Positions 9,451 to 18,491 of a stretch of DNA of 64,000 nt are shown here, in pieces (within the stretch, counting starts at the first letter, position 1; the number at the start of each line of letters is the position of its first letter). Under the pieces are notes generated by a model, which saw only the letters and a list, made by a program, of their open reading frames with translations, did not search any database and had not been told where the DNA came from. A program made the translations under genes and the position numbers. Location of the stretch: assembly GCA_018812485.1 (NCBI GenBank), contig JAHJDO010000042.1, forward strand, positions 9,512-73,511, written 5' to 3'. Source of the DNA: a bacterium (GTDB lineage Bacteria > JAHJDO01).

Positions 9451-10284
9451 ATGGATGTTTCAGTAGTTATCACAACTAAAAATGAGGAGAAAAATATAGA
9501 GAGTTGTTTAAGGTCAATTAGAAATGTGACTTATCCTCAGGACAAAATTGAAATAATCGTAGTGGACAATAACTCAACAGACAAAACGAAAGAAATAGTT
9601 GAAGAGTTTAAAAAATGGTTTACCCCGTTGAATGTGCAACTATTCAACGGGGGCCCAGAACGCTCCGCTCAGAGAAACTTTGGCATAGAACGGGCAAACG
9701 GTAAATATGTTTTATATCTGGATGTCGATATGATATTGTCTGAAAGTGTTGTATCTGAATGTGTAGAAAAATGCGAAAAAGAAGGGTGTATTGCTTTATA
9801 TATTCCGGAGAGGATTATTGGCAAAGGATTCTGGATAAAAGTAAGGGATTTTGAAAGAAGTTTTTACAATGCAACAGTAATAGATTGCGTTCGATTTGTC
9901 CGCAGGGATAAATTTCTGGAAATAGACGGATTTGATAAGACTCTAACTGGTCCTGAAGATTGGGATTTTGATAGAAGGATTAAAGAAATAGGTAAAGTCA
10001 GTATTGTAGATTCACCTATTTATCATAACGAAGGAGAATTTAATCTCAAAAGATATATAAATAAAAAATCTTATTATGCTAAGACATTTGATGAATATAT
10101 TAATAAATGGGGAAAGAATGATAGGACAATAAGAAAACAACTGGGATTTTGCTACAGATATTTTGGGGTATTTATGGAAAGAGGGAAATGGATGAGGTTC
10201 TTTTCTCATCCCGTTTTATTCTTAAGCGTGTATTTCCTGAGATTTATGTTAGGATTAAGATATATTTTAAAAGAAAGAGGCTGA
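9451..10284 (+). CDS. Family 2 glycosyltransferase
   Basis: VSVVITTKNEEKNIESCLRSI, VVDNNSTD and YLDVDM (DxD) are GT-A fold signatures. Confidence 0.7.
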   Translation: MDVSVVITTKNEEKNIESCLRSIRNVTYPQDKIEIIVVDNNSTDKTKEIVEEFKKWFTPLNVQLFNGGPERSAQRNFGIERANGKYVLYLDVDMILSESVVSECVEKCEKEGCIALYIPERIIGKGFWIKVRDFERSFYNATVIDCVRFVRRDKFLEIDGFDKTLTGPEDWDFDRRIKEIGKVSIVDSPIYHNEGEFNLKRYINKKSYYAKTFDEYINKWGKNDRTIRKQLGFCYRYFGVFMERGKWMRFFSHPVLFLSVYFLRFMLGLRYILKERG

Positions 10285-10291
10285 AAAACTA

Positions 10292-11437
10292 ATGAAGAGG
10301 AAAAGCATATTAATAATCTCACCTTTTTTTAGACCAAATGTCGGAGGAGTGGAAGCCTATCTAAGTGATCTGTGTGAGTATCTGAGAAAGCGTAATTACA
10401 TGGTATATGTGCTCACTTATCAGCCTCTTACGACTAGAATAAAGGGTAAAAAATATGAAAAAAAAGAAAATTTGGAAGTTCGTAGAATTCTTTGGTTTGG
10501 TCATAACTGGTTTCATAAACTGGAATCATACCCTGTGTTAGAATTTCTTTATTTAACTCCCTGTCTTTTTTCCCATGTTCTTTCCTTCCTGATTAGAAAC
10601 CACAGAAAGATTGATGTGTTGCATGCCCATGGTTTAGTTGCTGCCTTTATTACCAAATTTATGGGAAAGATTTTTAAAAAAAGATTGATAATGAGCACTT
10701 GTGCGGTTTATAACTTACGGAGAGGCACTTTGTTTGCGGATGGGGTGAGATGGTTACTCTCTGGTTTTGATAAAATTCTACCCTTGGCTGATTTCTCAAA
10801 GCAGGAATTAGTTTGTATCGGTTTACCAGAGAACAAAATGGATGTCTACTATCTTTGGACTGATCTAGAATTATATAAACCCATGGATAAAAAAGAAAGT
10901 AAAGAGATAATACATTTAGCGGGAAAGTTCATCGTTCTTTTTATAGGTCGTTTAATCAGGATAAAAGGGGTGGAGATATTAATTGAGGTTGCAAAACAGA
11001 TGGATAAAAAAATAAATTTTGTTTTTATTGGTGATCATGGCCCTTTACTTGAAGTTATAGAGGAAGCAGCATCGCAGCATGAAAATATTATTTTAGTAAA
11101 GGGTGTTTACGGATCTCAACTAATTCCTTATTATCAATCAGCCGATATTCTAATAGTACCTTCACAATATGAGGAGGCTTTTGGCAAGGTAATTATTGAG
11201 TCTTTATCGTGTGGTACTCCTGTAATCGCTGCAAATAAGGGGGCTATCCCGTATATTCTTGATTTATCCGTCGGCAGGCTCATTGAACCTACGGGAGAAA
11301 ATATAAAGAGAGAAGTTGAATATTTTTATAATCAGCCGGATATTTTGTCACAATTAACAGCTAATTGTCGTCCTTATGCTGAAAAATATTTCAGCAACAA
11401 AAATGCTGCGGTTATTGCAGCAAGTTATTATTCCTGA
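10292..11437 (+). CDS. Family 4 glycosyltransferase (GT-B fold)
   Basis: The C-terminal motif EAFGKVIIESLSCGTPVIAANKGAIPYIL is the conserved E-x7-E region of GT4 enzymes. Confidence 0.7.
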   Translation: MKRKSILIISPFFRPNVGGVEAYLSDLCEYLRKRNYMVYVLTYQPLTTRIKGKKYEKKENLEVRRILWFGHNWFHKLESYPVLEFLYLTPCLFSHVLSFLIRNHRKIDVLHAHGLVAAFITKFMGKIFKKRLIMSTCAVYNLRRGTLFADGVRWLLSGFDKILPLADFSKQELVCIGLPENKMDVYYLWTDLELYKPMDKKESKEIIHLAGKFIVLFIGRLIRIKGVEILIEVAKQMDKKINFVFIGDHGPLLEVIEEAASQHENIILVKGVYGSQLIPYYQSADILIVPSQYEEAFGKVIIESLSCGTPVIAANKGAIPYILDLSVGRLIEPTGENIKREVEYFYNQPDILSQLTANCRPYAEKYFSNKNAAVIAASYYS

Positions 11438-11456
11438 TAGAAAGAAGCTGTGAGTA

Positions 11457-12212
11457 ATGTGTACCAGTAGCGAAAAAGAGCATTTTGAAGTTCAATATAA
11501 AAAGAACGCATTTTTTTCTCCCAAAGAGGTACAATTTGTAATATACGATAAAAAAATATGGAGTTTTGCCAAGGAACTTTTGCGAGATAGTAAAACAGTA
11601 GCAGATATAGGTGCAGGGGGAGGTACACTCTTATATAATATTTCAAAGATTACCACGGCAAAACTAATAGCTGTTGACTTTTCGGATATTGCTGTAACCT
11701 ATTTAAAAAGAATGGTTCCTGAAGCAACTATTCTTAAGGAAGATGTAACAGAAACATCTTTAGGTAACGAAAGTTTGGATTTTGTTGCTAGTACTATGAC
11801 TATTGAACATGTAGATGATGATAAGCTTTTAAAAGAAGTTAGAAGAATTCTGAAAGACAAAGGATATTTTTTAATTACTACTGTCTTAAAAACTCGGAAT
11901 GCATGGTATTTTTATAAGGATAAAAATGGCAAATCTGTTTTAGAGCCGTCCCATTTGCAGGAATACGGTTCATTAAGTAGTTTTTTAAAATTATTAAATA
12001 AGTATGGGTTTATTATATTAAAGGCTGAAACGCCAAGACTGAAATTTCCTTTGATAGATCCCTTACTAAAAAGGGTCTTTGGGCTTTTTAGAAACGATTT
12101 TTGGAATGCAATACCTGCTACTAAACCAGTAGAGTTTTTGAGAAAAATAAGTATGTTTCCCATACCTGGTTATTATGCAATAGAAGTAATAGCTCAGAAG
12201 AAAACTAAATAG
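11457..12212 (+). CDS. Class I SAM-dependent methyltransferase
   Basis: It has the SAM-binding motif I VADIGAGGGTLL and the MTase_11/12-like post-I motif DFVAST. Confidence 0.65.
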   Translation: MCTSSEKEHFEVQYKKNAFFSPKEVQFVIYDKKIWSFAKELLRDSKTVADIGAGGGTLLYNISKITTAKLIAVDFSDIAVTYLKRMVPEATILKEDVTETSLGNESLDFVASTMTIEHVDDDKLLKEVRRILKDKGYFLITTVLKTRNAWYFYKDKNGKSVLEPSHLQEYGSLSSFLKLLNKYGFIILKAETPRLKFPLIDPLLKRVFGLFRNDFWNAIPATKPVEFLRKISMFPIPGYYAIEVIAQKKTK

Positions 12213-12220
12213 GACAAATT

Positions 12221-12859
12221 ATGGATTATTATGAAAGATATTGGAAAAGAAGTTTTGGACAAAATGGGGTGGCTGCTTCACCTCCTTCGTGGAACGAAAA
12301 AGATCTTATAAAAATCACGGATATAGCAAAACCATATTGTTATGGGAATGTATTGGACATAGGATGCGGAGATGGAACTTTTACTTCTTATTTGAGTAAA
12401 TTCAGTAAAGTTAAAAAAATAACAGGGGTTGATATATCTCAAAATGCTATTTCTCAGGCAAAAAGGAAATATCCTGAAATTGAGTTTAAAGTTGTTTCTC
12501 AGGCAACACTGCCTTTTTCTAAAGAGAGCTTTGATTTCATAACAATGGTGGAGGTAGTTGAGCATATAATGGATACAGAGCAGATATTTAAAGAAGCCAA
12601 TAAAATTTTAAAACCAGGTGGTTGTATTTTAATTACAACAACGGATTTTAATCTGGCGAAAAAAATAATTGTAGCAGCTTTCTTTTGGGGAAAATATTTT
12701 TATCCAACTAATCCTCATATAAGATTTTTTACAAAAGCGACACTAAAAGACATTTTGGACAAAACAGGGTTTAAGGCGATCAAGCATAAGTGGAATGGAA
12801 GCTATCTGGGTTTAATGCCAAAAGGACAAATAATGATTGCGAAAAAACCATGTTTTTGA
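12221..12859 (+). CDS. Class I SAM-dependent methyltransferase
   Basis: Motif I is VLDIGCGDGTFTSYL, the acidic-loop region is VDIS, and there is an ILKPGG motif. Confidence 0.7.
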   Translation: MDYYERYWKRSFGQNGVAASPPSWNEKDLIKITDIAKPYCYGNVLDIGCGDGTFTSYLSKFSKVKKITGVDISQNAISQAKRKYPEIEFKVVSQATLPFSKESFDFITMVEVVEHIMDTEQIFKEANKILKPGGCILITTTDFNLAKKIIVAAFFWGKYFYPTNPHIRFFTKATLKDILDKTGFKAIKHKWNGSYLGLMPKGQIMIAKKPCF

Positions 12860-13893
12860 AACTGTCTCAATACGCATCGTTTGTATATATTAAGGCGTCC
12901 ATTGAAAAACCATGGATAATAGATGGAATAATGCACCTTGTCAATTTGCCTCTGTTGGTACAAGCATACCAACGCCTATATTCTCCAGTGATTTCTAAAA
13001 AACTTTCTTTGCCGTCTAAACAAATCGCAATTGAGACCTACAATATTTGTAACTTGAAATGTATAATGTGTCCATATCCAAAAATGACCCGTCCCAAAAC
13101 CAAGATGTCAATGAGCCTTTTTCAGAGAATTGTAGACGATGTCTCTAAAAATGGTTTCACTGAACTAAATTTAAGCCTGTATAGTGAGCCGCTATTGGAT
13201 GATTTACTCTTCCAAAGAATCAGCTATGCAAAAGAAAAAGGGCTAAAAGTAGGTTTTACATCAAACGGGACTCTGCTGACACCTGATAAAATTCAGGGAA
13301 TTTTGGAAAGCGAACTTGATTGGATAGTCTTTAGTGTTGATAGTGACAAAAAGAAGTCTTATGAGCATATAAGAGTTGGCGCTGATTTTGAGGAGACCTG
13401 TGCCAATATTAAAGAACTAATAGATTGCCGTCGGGAAAAAAACAGTGCTAAACCACAGATCATCATTCACTCCACAATAGTGACAAAGGATAATTTACAC
13501 GCGTCCAAATTACTGGCGCAAATTTTAACGGGTGCAGACCACTTCACTATGGCATTAGCCGACTCTCGGCGAGAGGATGATTTCTGCTTCACAAAAAAGT
13601 CCTTCTCAAAGGTTCATAAGGGGCGTCTCTATCCATGCCCCATACTATGGGGTGCGCCTACGGTTATGAGCAATGGGAAAGTAGTCCTTTGTTGTAAGGA
13701 TTATGATGGTTCCATTGAACTCGGAGACCTGAACAAACAGACAATCAGGGAAATCTGGAATTCTGACAAGCTGAGCAGAATAAAAGAACTTCATTTAAGA
13801 GGGGAGGGATGCAAAATAGAACTTTGCAAAAATTGCGACTCTCTATACCGAGCAAGCTTAAGCTGGTGGGTTAAGCAGGAAATCAAAGTATGA
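12850..13893 (+). CDS. Radical SAM protein with a C-terminal SPASM/twitch Cys-rich domain
   Basis: The radical SAM motif is NICNLKCIMCPY (Cx3Cx2C). The C-terminal auxiliary-cluster cysteines are CPILWGAP...VVLCCKDYDGS...GCKIELCKNC. The ORF track begins at 12790, but I place the start at the ATG at 12850 (MFLKLSQY), which overlaps the upstream methyltransferase by only a few bases. Confidence 0.7.
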   Translation: MFLKLSQYASFVYIKASIEKPWIIDGIMHLVNLPLLVQAYQRLYSPVISKKLSLPSKQIAIETYNICNLKCIMCPYPKMTRPKTKMSMSLFQRIVDDVSKNGFTELNLSLYSEPLLDDLLFQRISYAKEKGLKVGFTSNGTLLTPDKIQGILESELDWIVFSVDSDKKKSYEHIRVGADFEETCANIKELIDCRREKNSAKPQIIIHSTIVTKDNLHASKLLAQILTGADHFTMALADSRREDDFCFTKKSFSKVHKGRLYPCPILWGAPTVMSNGKVVLCCKDYDGSIELGDLNKQTIREIWNSDKLSRIKELHLRGEGCKIELCKNCDSLYRASLSWWVKQEIKV

Positions 13894-15092
13894 GTAAGAC
13901 TTCAGCGATTAATATTATTGCTAATGCTGCCTTAGGACCTCTTTTAAGCGGAGGGGATAATATATTTATTGAGTGCGCAAGACGATGGGCACAAATGGGG
14001 CATAAAATAAACATTTTTGTCTGGGAAGAAGGGCTTGAAATGTGCAGGAAAAATCATTTAACAGGAGTTAATTATATCATTTGGAAAGCTGCAAGGTTTA
14101 AGCGAGCAGGATTCCCTATACTTTATTTTTCACGTGTTATTATTGGATGCATGAAATCTTTGAGATGCAATTTAAAATTACCGGCTATTATATATTCTTC
14201 TTCTGATTTCTGGCCGGATTCAATCCCTGCGTTTATAATGAAGATAAAAAATAAGCAGGCAAGGTGGATTGCAGGATTTTACCTCTTTGCCCCCAAACCA
14301 TGGCAGGAAGATTCTCCTTACAAAGGTAAAAGATGGATAATTGGGCTGTTTTATTGGTTAATGCAGCTGCCTGTTTATTGGATTGTCAAAAAATTTGCGG
14401 ATATGGTTTTTGTGACGAGTGAACCAGATGTCGAAAAATTTGTAACAGAAAAAAGAGACAGAAACAAAATCATAGTAATTCGAGGTGGAGTGGATATATA
14501 TCCTTCCGAAAAATATTTAAATTCTAATAAGATTATACCTGTTGAAGAAAGAAAGTATGATGCTGTTTTTATAGGAAGATTCCATCCACAGAAGGGAGTT
14601 TTGGAACTTATAGATATTTGGAATTTGGTTTGCGAAAGGAAGCCAGCAGCAAAACTTGCGATGATAGGAAGCGGTCCTCTGGAGAATGAGATCAGACAAA
14701 GAATTGAACGCAGCGACCTGGAGCGCAATATTGATTTATTGGGGTTTAAGGATGGAGAAGAAAAATACAAAATCTTTAAACAAGGTAAAATAGTAATTCA
14801 TCCAGCAATCTATGATAGTGGTGGCATGGCAGCTGCAGAAGCTATGGCATGGGGGATTCCAGGAGTAGGCTTTGACCTGGAGGCATTAAAGACTTATTAT
14901 CCTAGAGGGATGGTTAAAGTGGCACAGGGTGATTACAAAAAATTCGCTAAGGAGATTATTGAACTTCTGGAGAATAAAGGTTATTATTTAAAGGTTTCCG
15001 ACGAGGCAAGAGATTTGATAATTAAGGAATGGGATTGGGATAAAAGGGCAAAATTTATCTCTAATAAGATTTTATCAAAGACTATAAATTAA
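13890..15092 (+). CDS. Family 4 glycosyltransferase (GT-B)
   Basis: The GT4 C-terminal motif is GGMAAAEAMAWGIPGVGFD. The overall length is 400 aa. Confidence 0.65.
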   Translation: MSKTSAINIIANAALGPLLSGGDNIFIECARRWAQMGHKINIFVWEEGLEMCRKNHLTGVNYIIWKAARFKRAGFPILYFSRVIIGCMKSLRCNLKLPAIIYSSSDFWPDSIPAFIMKIKNKQARWIAGFYLFAPKPWQEDSPYKGKRWIIGLFYWLMQLPVYWIVKKFADMVFVTSEPDVEKFVTEKRDRNKIIVIRGGVDIYPSEKYLNSNKIIPVEERKYDAVFIGRFHPQKGVLELIDIWNLVCERKPAAKLAMIGSGPLENEIRQRIERSDLERNIDLLGFKDGEEKYKIFKQGKIVIHPAIYDSGGMAAAEAMAWGIPGVGFDLEALKTYYPRGMVKVAQGDYKKFAKEIIELLENKGYYLKVSDEARDLIIKEWDWDKRAKFISNKILSKTIN

Positions 15093-15126
15093 TATGAACA
15101 AAAATTAGTTTTTAAAATATAAAAGC

Positions 15127-16620
15127 ATGTCAAATAAAAGCCCAAGTTCAAAAAAACTCAATTCGTTGGATTTGTTAAAATTACGGAAAAAATTTATAAC
15201 TGAAAGTTATGATAATGTAGCTTCTCAAAGAGATAGTTGGATAGAAAAAAATAAGTACTACTATGATTATTTTAAAAAGATTCTAAGATTTATTGTTGAG
15301 CCACAGAGTTCAGTCTTACAAATTAAATGTGAAACAGGGTATTATCTTGATGCTGTAAATCCCAGATATGGTCTCGGTCTTGATTATAGTATCAATATGG
15401 TTCAAGTTGCAAAGGATAGATACAAACATCTTGATTTTGAGGTACAGGATTTAGAAAACATTAATATAAAACAGAAATTTGAGTATGTTCTTTTAGTGAA
15501 TGCACTTGGAGATGTTGTAGATGTCCAAAAGTTATTGAGTGGATTTAAAGACGCAGTAGACCATAAGACAAGAATAATAATTATAAATTATAATGCTTTA
15601 TGGCAGCCTTTAATAAATTTGGCCAATCTGTTGAGACTTAAGATAAAACAGCCTACTCAGAATTGGTTATCTGCTTGCGATATGGAAAACTTGTTGTATT
15701 TAACGGGATATGAAATTGTAAAAAGTTTTAATATTATTCTTTGTCCGATCTATATTCCTGTTATTGCAAATTTTTTAAATAATATAGTTGCAAGACTTCC
15801 TTTATTGCAAAGATTATGCCTGGACCATGTATTCGTCGTAAGAAAGGTTGTAAGCCGAAAAAATTATAGGGATTATTCCGTTTCTGTTGTTATTCCATGT
15901 AAAGATGAAAAGGATAATATTGAAAATATCGTGCAGAGAATACCTCAAATTGGTAAACACACAGAAATGATTTTTTGTGACGATAAGTCGCAAGACGGAA
16001 CTGTTGAAGAAATTCTGCGGGTTAAGGGAAAATATTCTAATAAAAACATAAAATTGATTTATGGGCCCGGTATCTGCAAGTCAAAAAATGTCTGGGCGGG
16101 TTTTGAAGCGGCTAAAGGTGATATATTGATGATACTTGATGCAGACTTAACTGTTATTCCCGAGGAATTGACTTATTTTTTTGAGGCAATTGTTGAGGGA
16201 AAAGGAGAATTTATAAATGGGTCTCGTCTAATCTATCCTATGGAAGAAGGTGCTATGAATTTTTCTAAGATATTAGGGAACAAGTTCTTTAGCTTGCTGT
16301 TTTCTTACATTTTGGACCAAAGGATAAAAGATACGCTTTGTGGGACTAAAGTTTTTTGGCGAGATGATTATTTTCGAATGAAAAAATACATCGGTCATTG
16401 GGGAGCTGATGATTTATGGGGAGATTACGATCTTTTATTTAGCGCAACAAAATTAAATCTAAAAATCATTGACCTTCCAGTCCATTACTTTGATAGAACA
16501 TATGGATATACTAAAATGAAAAATGTACTATTCAATGGCACTAGAATGTTGCGGATATCTTTGGCGGCATTGACTAAAGTAAAATTTCTTAAGGGTGCCA
16601 AATCTCTAATGGGGGAATAG
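15127..16620 (+). CDS. Fusion of an N-terminal methyltransferase-like domain with a C-terminal GT2 glycosyltransferase
   Basis: The C-terminal half has YSVSVVIPCKDEKDNIENIVQRI...FCDDKSQDGT...ILDADL, which is DPM/DPG-synthase-like GT2. The N-terminal 240 aa resemble a class I MTase fold (LGLDYSINMV...LLVNALGDVVDV). Confidence 0.55.
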   Translation: MSNKSPSSKKLNSLDLLKLRKKFITESYDNVASQRDSWIEKNKYYYDYFKKILRFIVEPQSSVLQIKCETGYYLDAVNPRYGLGLDYSINMVQVAKDRYKHLDFEVQDLENINIKQKFEYVLLVNALGDVVDVQKLLSGFKDAVDHKTRIIIINYNALWQPLINLANLLRLKIKQPTQNWLSACDMENLLYLTGYEIVKSFNIILCPIYIPVIANFLNNIVARLPLLQRLCLDHVFVVRKVVSRKNYRDYSVSVVIPCKDEKDNIENIVQRIPQIGKHTEMIFCDDKSQDGTVEEILRVKGKYSNKNIKLIYGPGICKSKNVWAGFEAAKGDILMILDADLTVIPEELTYFFEAIVEGKGEFINGSRLIYPMEEGAMNFSKILGNKFFSLLFSYILDQRIKDTLCGTKVFWRDDYFRMKKYIGHWGADDLWGDYDLLFSATKLNLKIIDLPVHYFDRTYGYTKMKNVLFNGTRMLRISLAALTKVKFLKGAKSLMGE

Positions 16621-16622
16621 AT

Positions 16623-17699
16623 ATGTTACCAAAATCAGTATCCAGAGCTAGAATCGGGCTTGCAATGTGGATGTATAATCTTCTTGGTATTAGAAGACCA
16701 TTGACATCTCAAATTCTGGTCACTAAGTACTGCAATTTAAATTGTAAAATGTGCTTTGTCTATCCATTAGACAAAAAAGAAAAAATCGCGAATACCAAAG
16801 AACCAACTTTTGAACAATTGGAATACTTGATTGATGAATCTTGTAAACTAGGAGCTCAGGTTATTGTTCCATTTGGAGGAGAGCCTTTATTAAGAAAAGA
16901 TATTGGCGAAATAATAAAGGCTATCAAACAAAGAAACAGGTATTGCCTATTGTACACCAATGGGACCTATGTAGAGGAAAAAATCAATGATTTACTACCT
17001 GTTGATCAGCTTGTAATAAGTATAGATGGAGATGAACATACTAATGATAGCATTAGAGGTAAGGGTGTTTACAAAAAAGCAATTGCAGCGCTGGAACTTG
17101 CTTTAGAACATGGTATTGTGTGTAGGTTGCACTCTTGTTTGATTCCAGAAACAATATGCACTTTAGAACATATGTCAGCTTTATCTAAGAAGTACGATGT
17201 AATGATCAATTATGGATATTGCGATATAACAGCTTTCACAAAACCAGCTGAGAAGGACATTTCGTTGGGTCGAGAAGATGTTATAGCATTTTTGAAGAGA
17301 TATTACGAAATGAAAAAATCGGGAGTGCGAATATCTACCCCAGCAAGAGTGATAAAGGAATGTATTAGGATTATGGAAGATTGGCCAGTAGATAACACTA
17401 TCCTTTCAAAAAGTGAGGCAAAGGAATTTTCTAAACTGAGAATACCTAGATGCGCTTTGGCATCATCCAATATTTATATTGATAGTGATGGTAGTGCCTA
17501 TCCCTGTTTGCCGCTATGGGGTAAAGAGGTTAATCCTCCCAATGTTTACGAACTAGGCCTGAGGAAGGCATGGAATTATTATAAAAAATTGGACTGTCAC
17601 CAATGCGCCTCGATTTTTACTATTGAGAAGAGTCTTTTTTACAGTTTTGATGTAATGACATTGCTTCAATATATTTCAGGATATCAGTTTCTCAGATGA
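16623..17699 (+). CDS. Radical SAM/SPASM-domain protein
   Basis: The cluster motif is VTKYCNLNCKMCFVY followed by GGEPLL. The C-terminal Cys-rich region is CALASS...YPCLPLWG...CHQC. It is paralogous to the 35933 gene. Confidence 0.7.
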   Translation: MLPKSVSRARIGLAMWMYNLLGIRRPLTSQILVTKYCNLNCKMCFVYPLDKKEKIANTKEPTFEQLEYLIDESCKLGAQVIVPFGGEPLLRKDIGEIIKAIKQRNRYCLLYTNGTYVEEKINDLLPVDQLVISIDGDEHTNDSIRGKGVYKKAIAALELALEHGIVCRLHSCLIPETICTLEHMSALSKKYDVMINYGYCDITAFTKPAEKDISLGREDVIAFLKRYYEMKKSGVRISTPARVIKECIRIMEDWPVDNTILSKSEAKEFSKLRIPRCALASSNIYIDSDGSAYPCLPLWGKEVNPPNVYELGLRKAWNYYKKLDCHQCASIFTIEKSLFYSFDVMTLLQYISGYQFLR

Positions 17700-17759
17700 G
17701 GAACAAATATAAAGTTTAATAGTGGATTAATGTTAAAAAATCAATAGAATATTGTTTAT

Positions 17760-18479
17760 ATGGATCAGCGTATTCTAAACGAAATTGAACATGGGAGAAA
17801 AATAGTTAACTTTGCTGGTAAAGTTTGGGGTTGGGAAACTCCTGCTGGTAGAGAACGATGGAAGCGTAGAGTTGAGATGCTCGTTTCTAATGTTACGCCC
17901 GAGATGAAGGTGCTGGAAGTGGGTTGTGGAATAGGCTACCTGACAAAGTCGCTTCAGAATAAAAAGGCAACGATAGTATCAATTGATATTTCTTATGATT
18001 TGATTGAAGTTGCGAAAAGCAATGTTGGTATTGGCAACATTACCTTTTTGTTACAGAATGCATCCAGTTTAGGCTTAGCAGATAATTTATTTGATATAGT
18101 TATAGGAAGTTCAGTATTACATCATCTTGAAGTAGATAAAGCTTTAGCTGAATTTTACCGAGTTTTAAAGAAAGAGGGCTTGTTGGTTTTCACTGAACCT
18201 AATATGATGAATCCCCAAATTGCTGTTCAGAAGAATATTTCACTTTTTAAAAAATTAGCCGGGGATTCTCCTGATGAGGCAGCTTTTTTTCGCTGGCTAT
18301 TGAAGAAAAAATTAATAAAACACGGATTTCGTGATATCAAACTTAAAACTTTTGATTTTTTGCATCCAGAGACTCCAAAGGGTTTGGTCCCCTTTATGAA
18401 AGACATAGGTGACTTTGCAGAATCAATTCCGCTTATTTCTGAAATAGCCGGGTCAATATATATTGAAGCAAGAAAATAA
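17760..18479 (+). CDS. Class I SAM-dependent methyltransferase
   Basis: Motif I is VLEVGCGIGYLTKSL. LVFTEPN is a post-II motif. Confidence 0.7.
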   Translation: MDQRILNEIEHGRKIVNFAGKVWGWETPAGRERWKRRVEMLVSNVTPEMKVLEVGCGIGYLTKSLQNKKATIVSIDISYDLIEVAKSNVGIGNITFLLQNASSLGLADNLFDIVIGSSVLHHLEVDKALAEFYRVLKKEGLLVFTEPNMMNPQIAVQKNISLFKKLAGDSPDEAAFFRWLLKKKLIKHGFRDIKLKTFDFLHPETPKGLVPFMKDIGDFAESIPLISEIAGSIYIEARK

Positions 18480-18491
18480 AGAAAAAGGATT

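Noticed and set aside
14375-14770. A 131-aa minus-strand ORF, and similar antisense ORFs at 34736-35119, 50351-50674, 55959-56354, 62353-62790 and 63331-63879
   Set aside because: Each lies entirely inside a well-supported + strand gene with clear conserved motifs. They are low-complexity, rich in S, I, F and L, as expected for chance ORFs antisense to AT-rich coding DNA. None has a ribosome-binding site or a recognisable motif.
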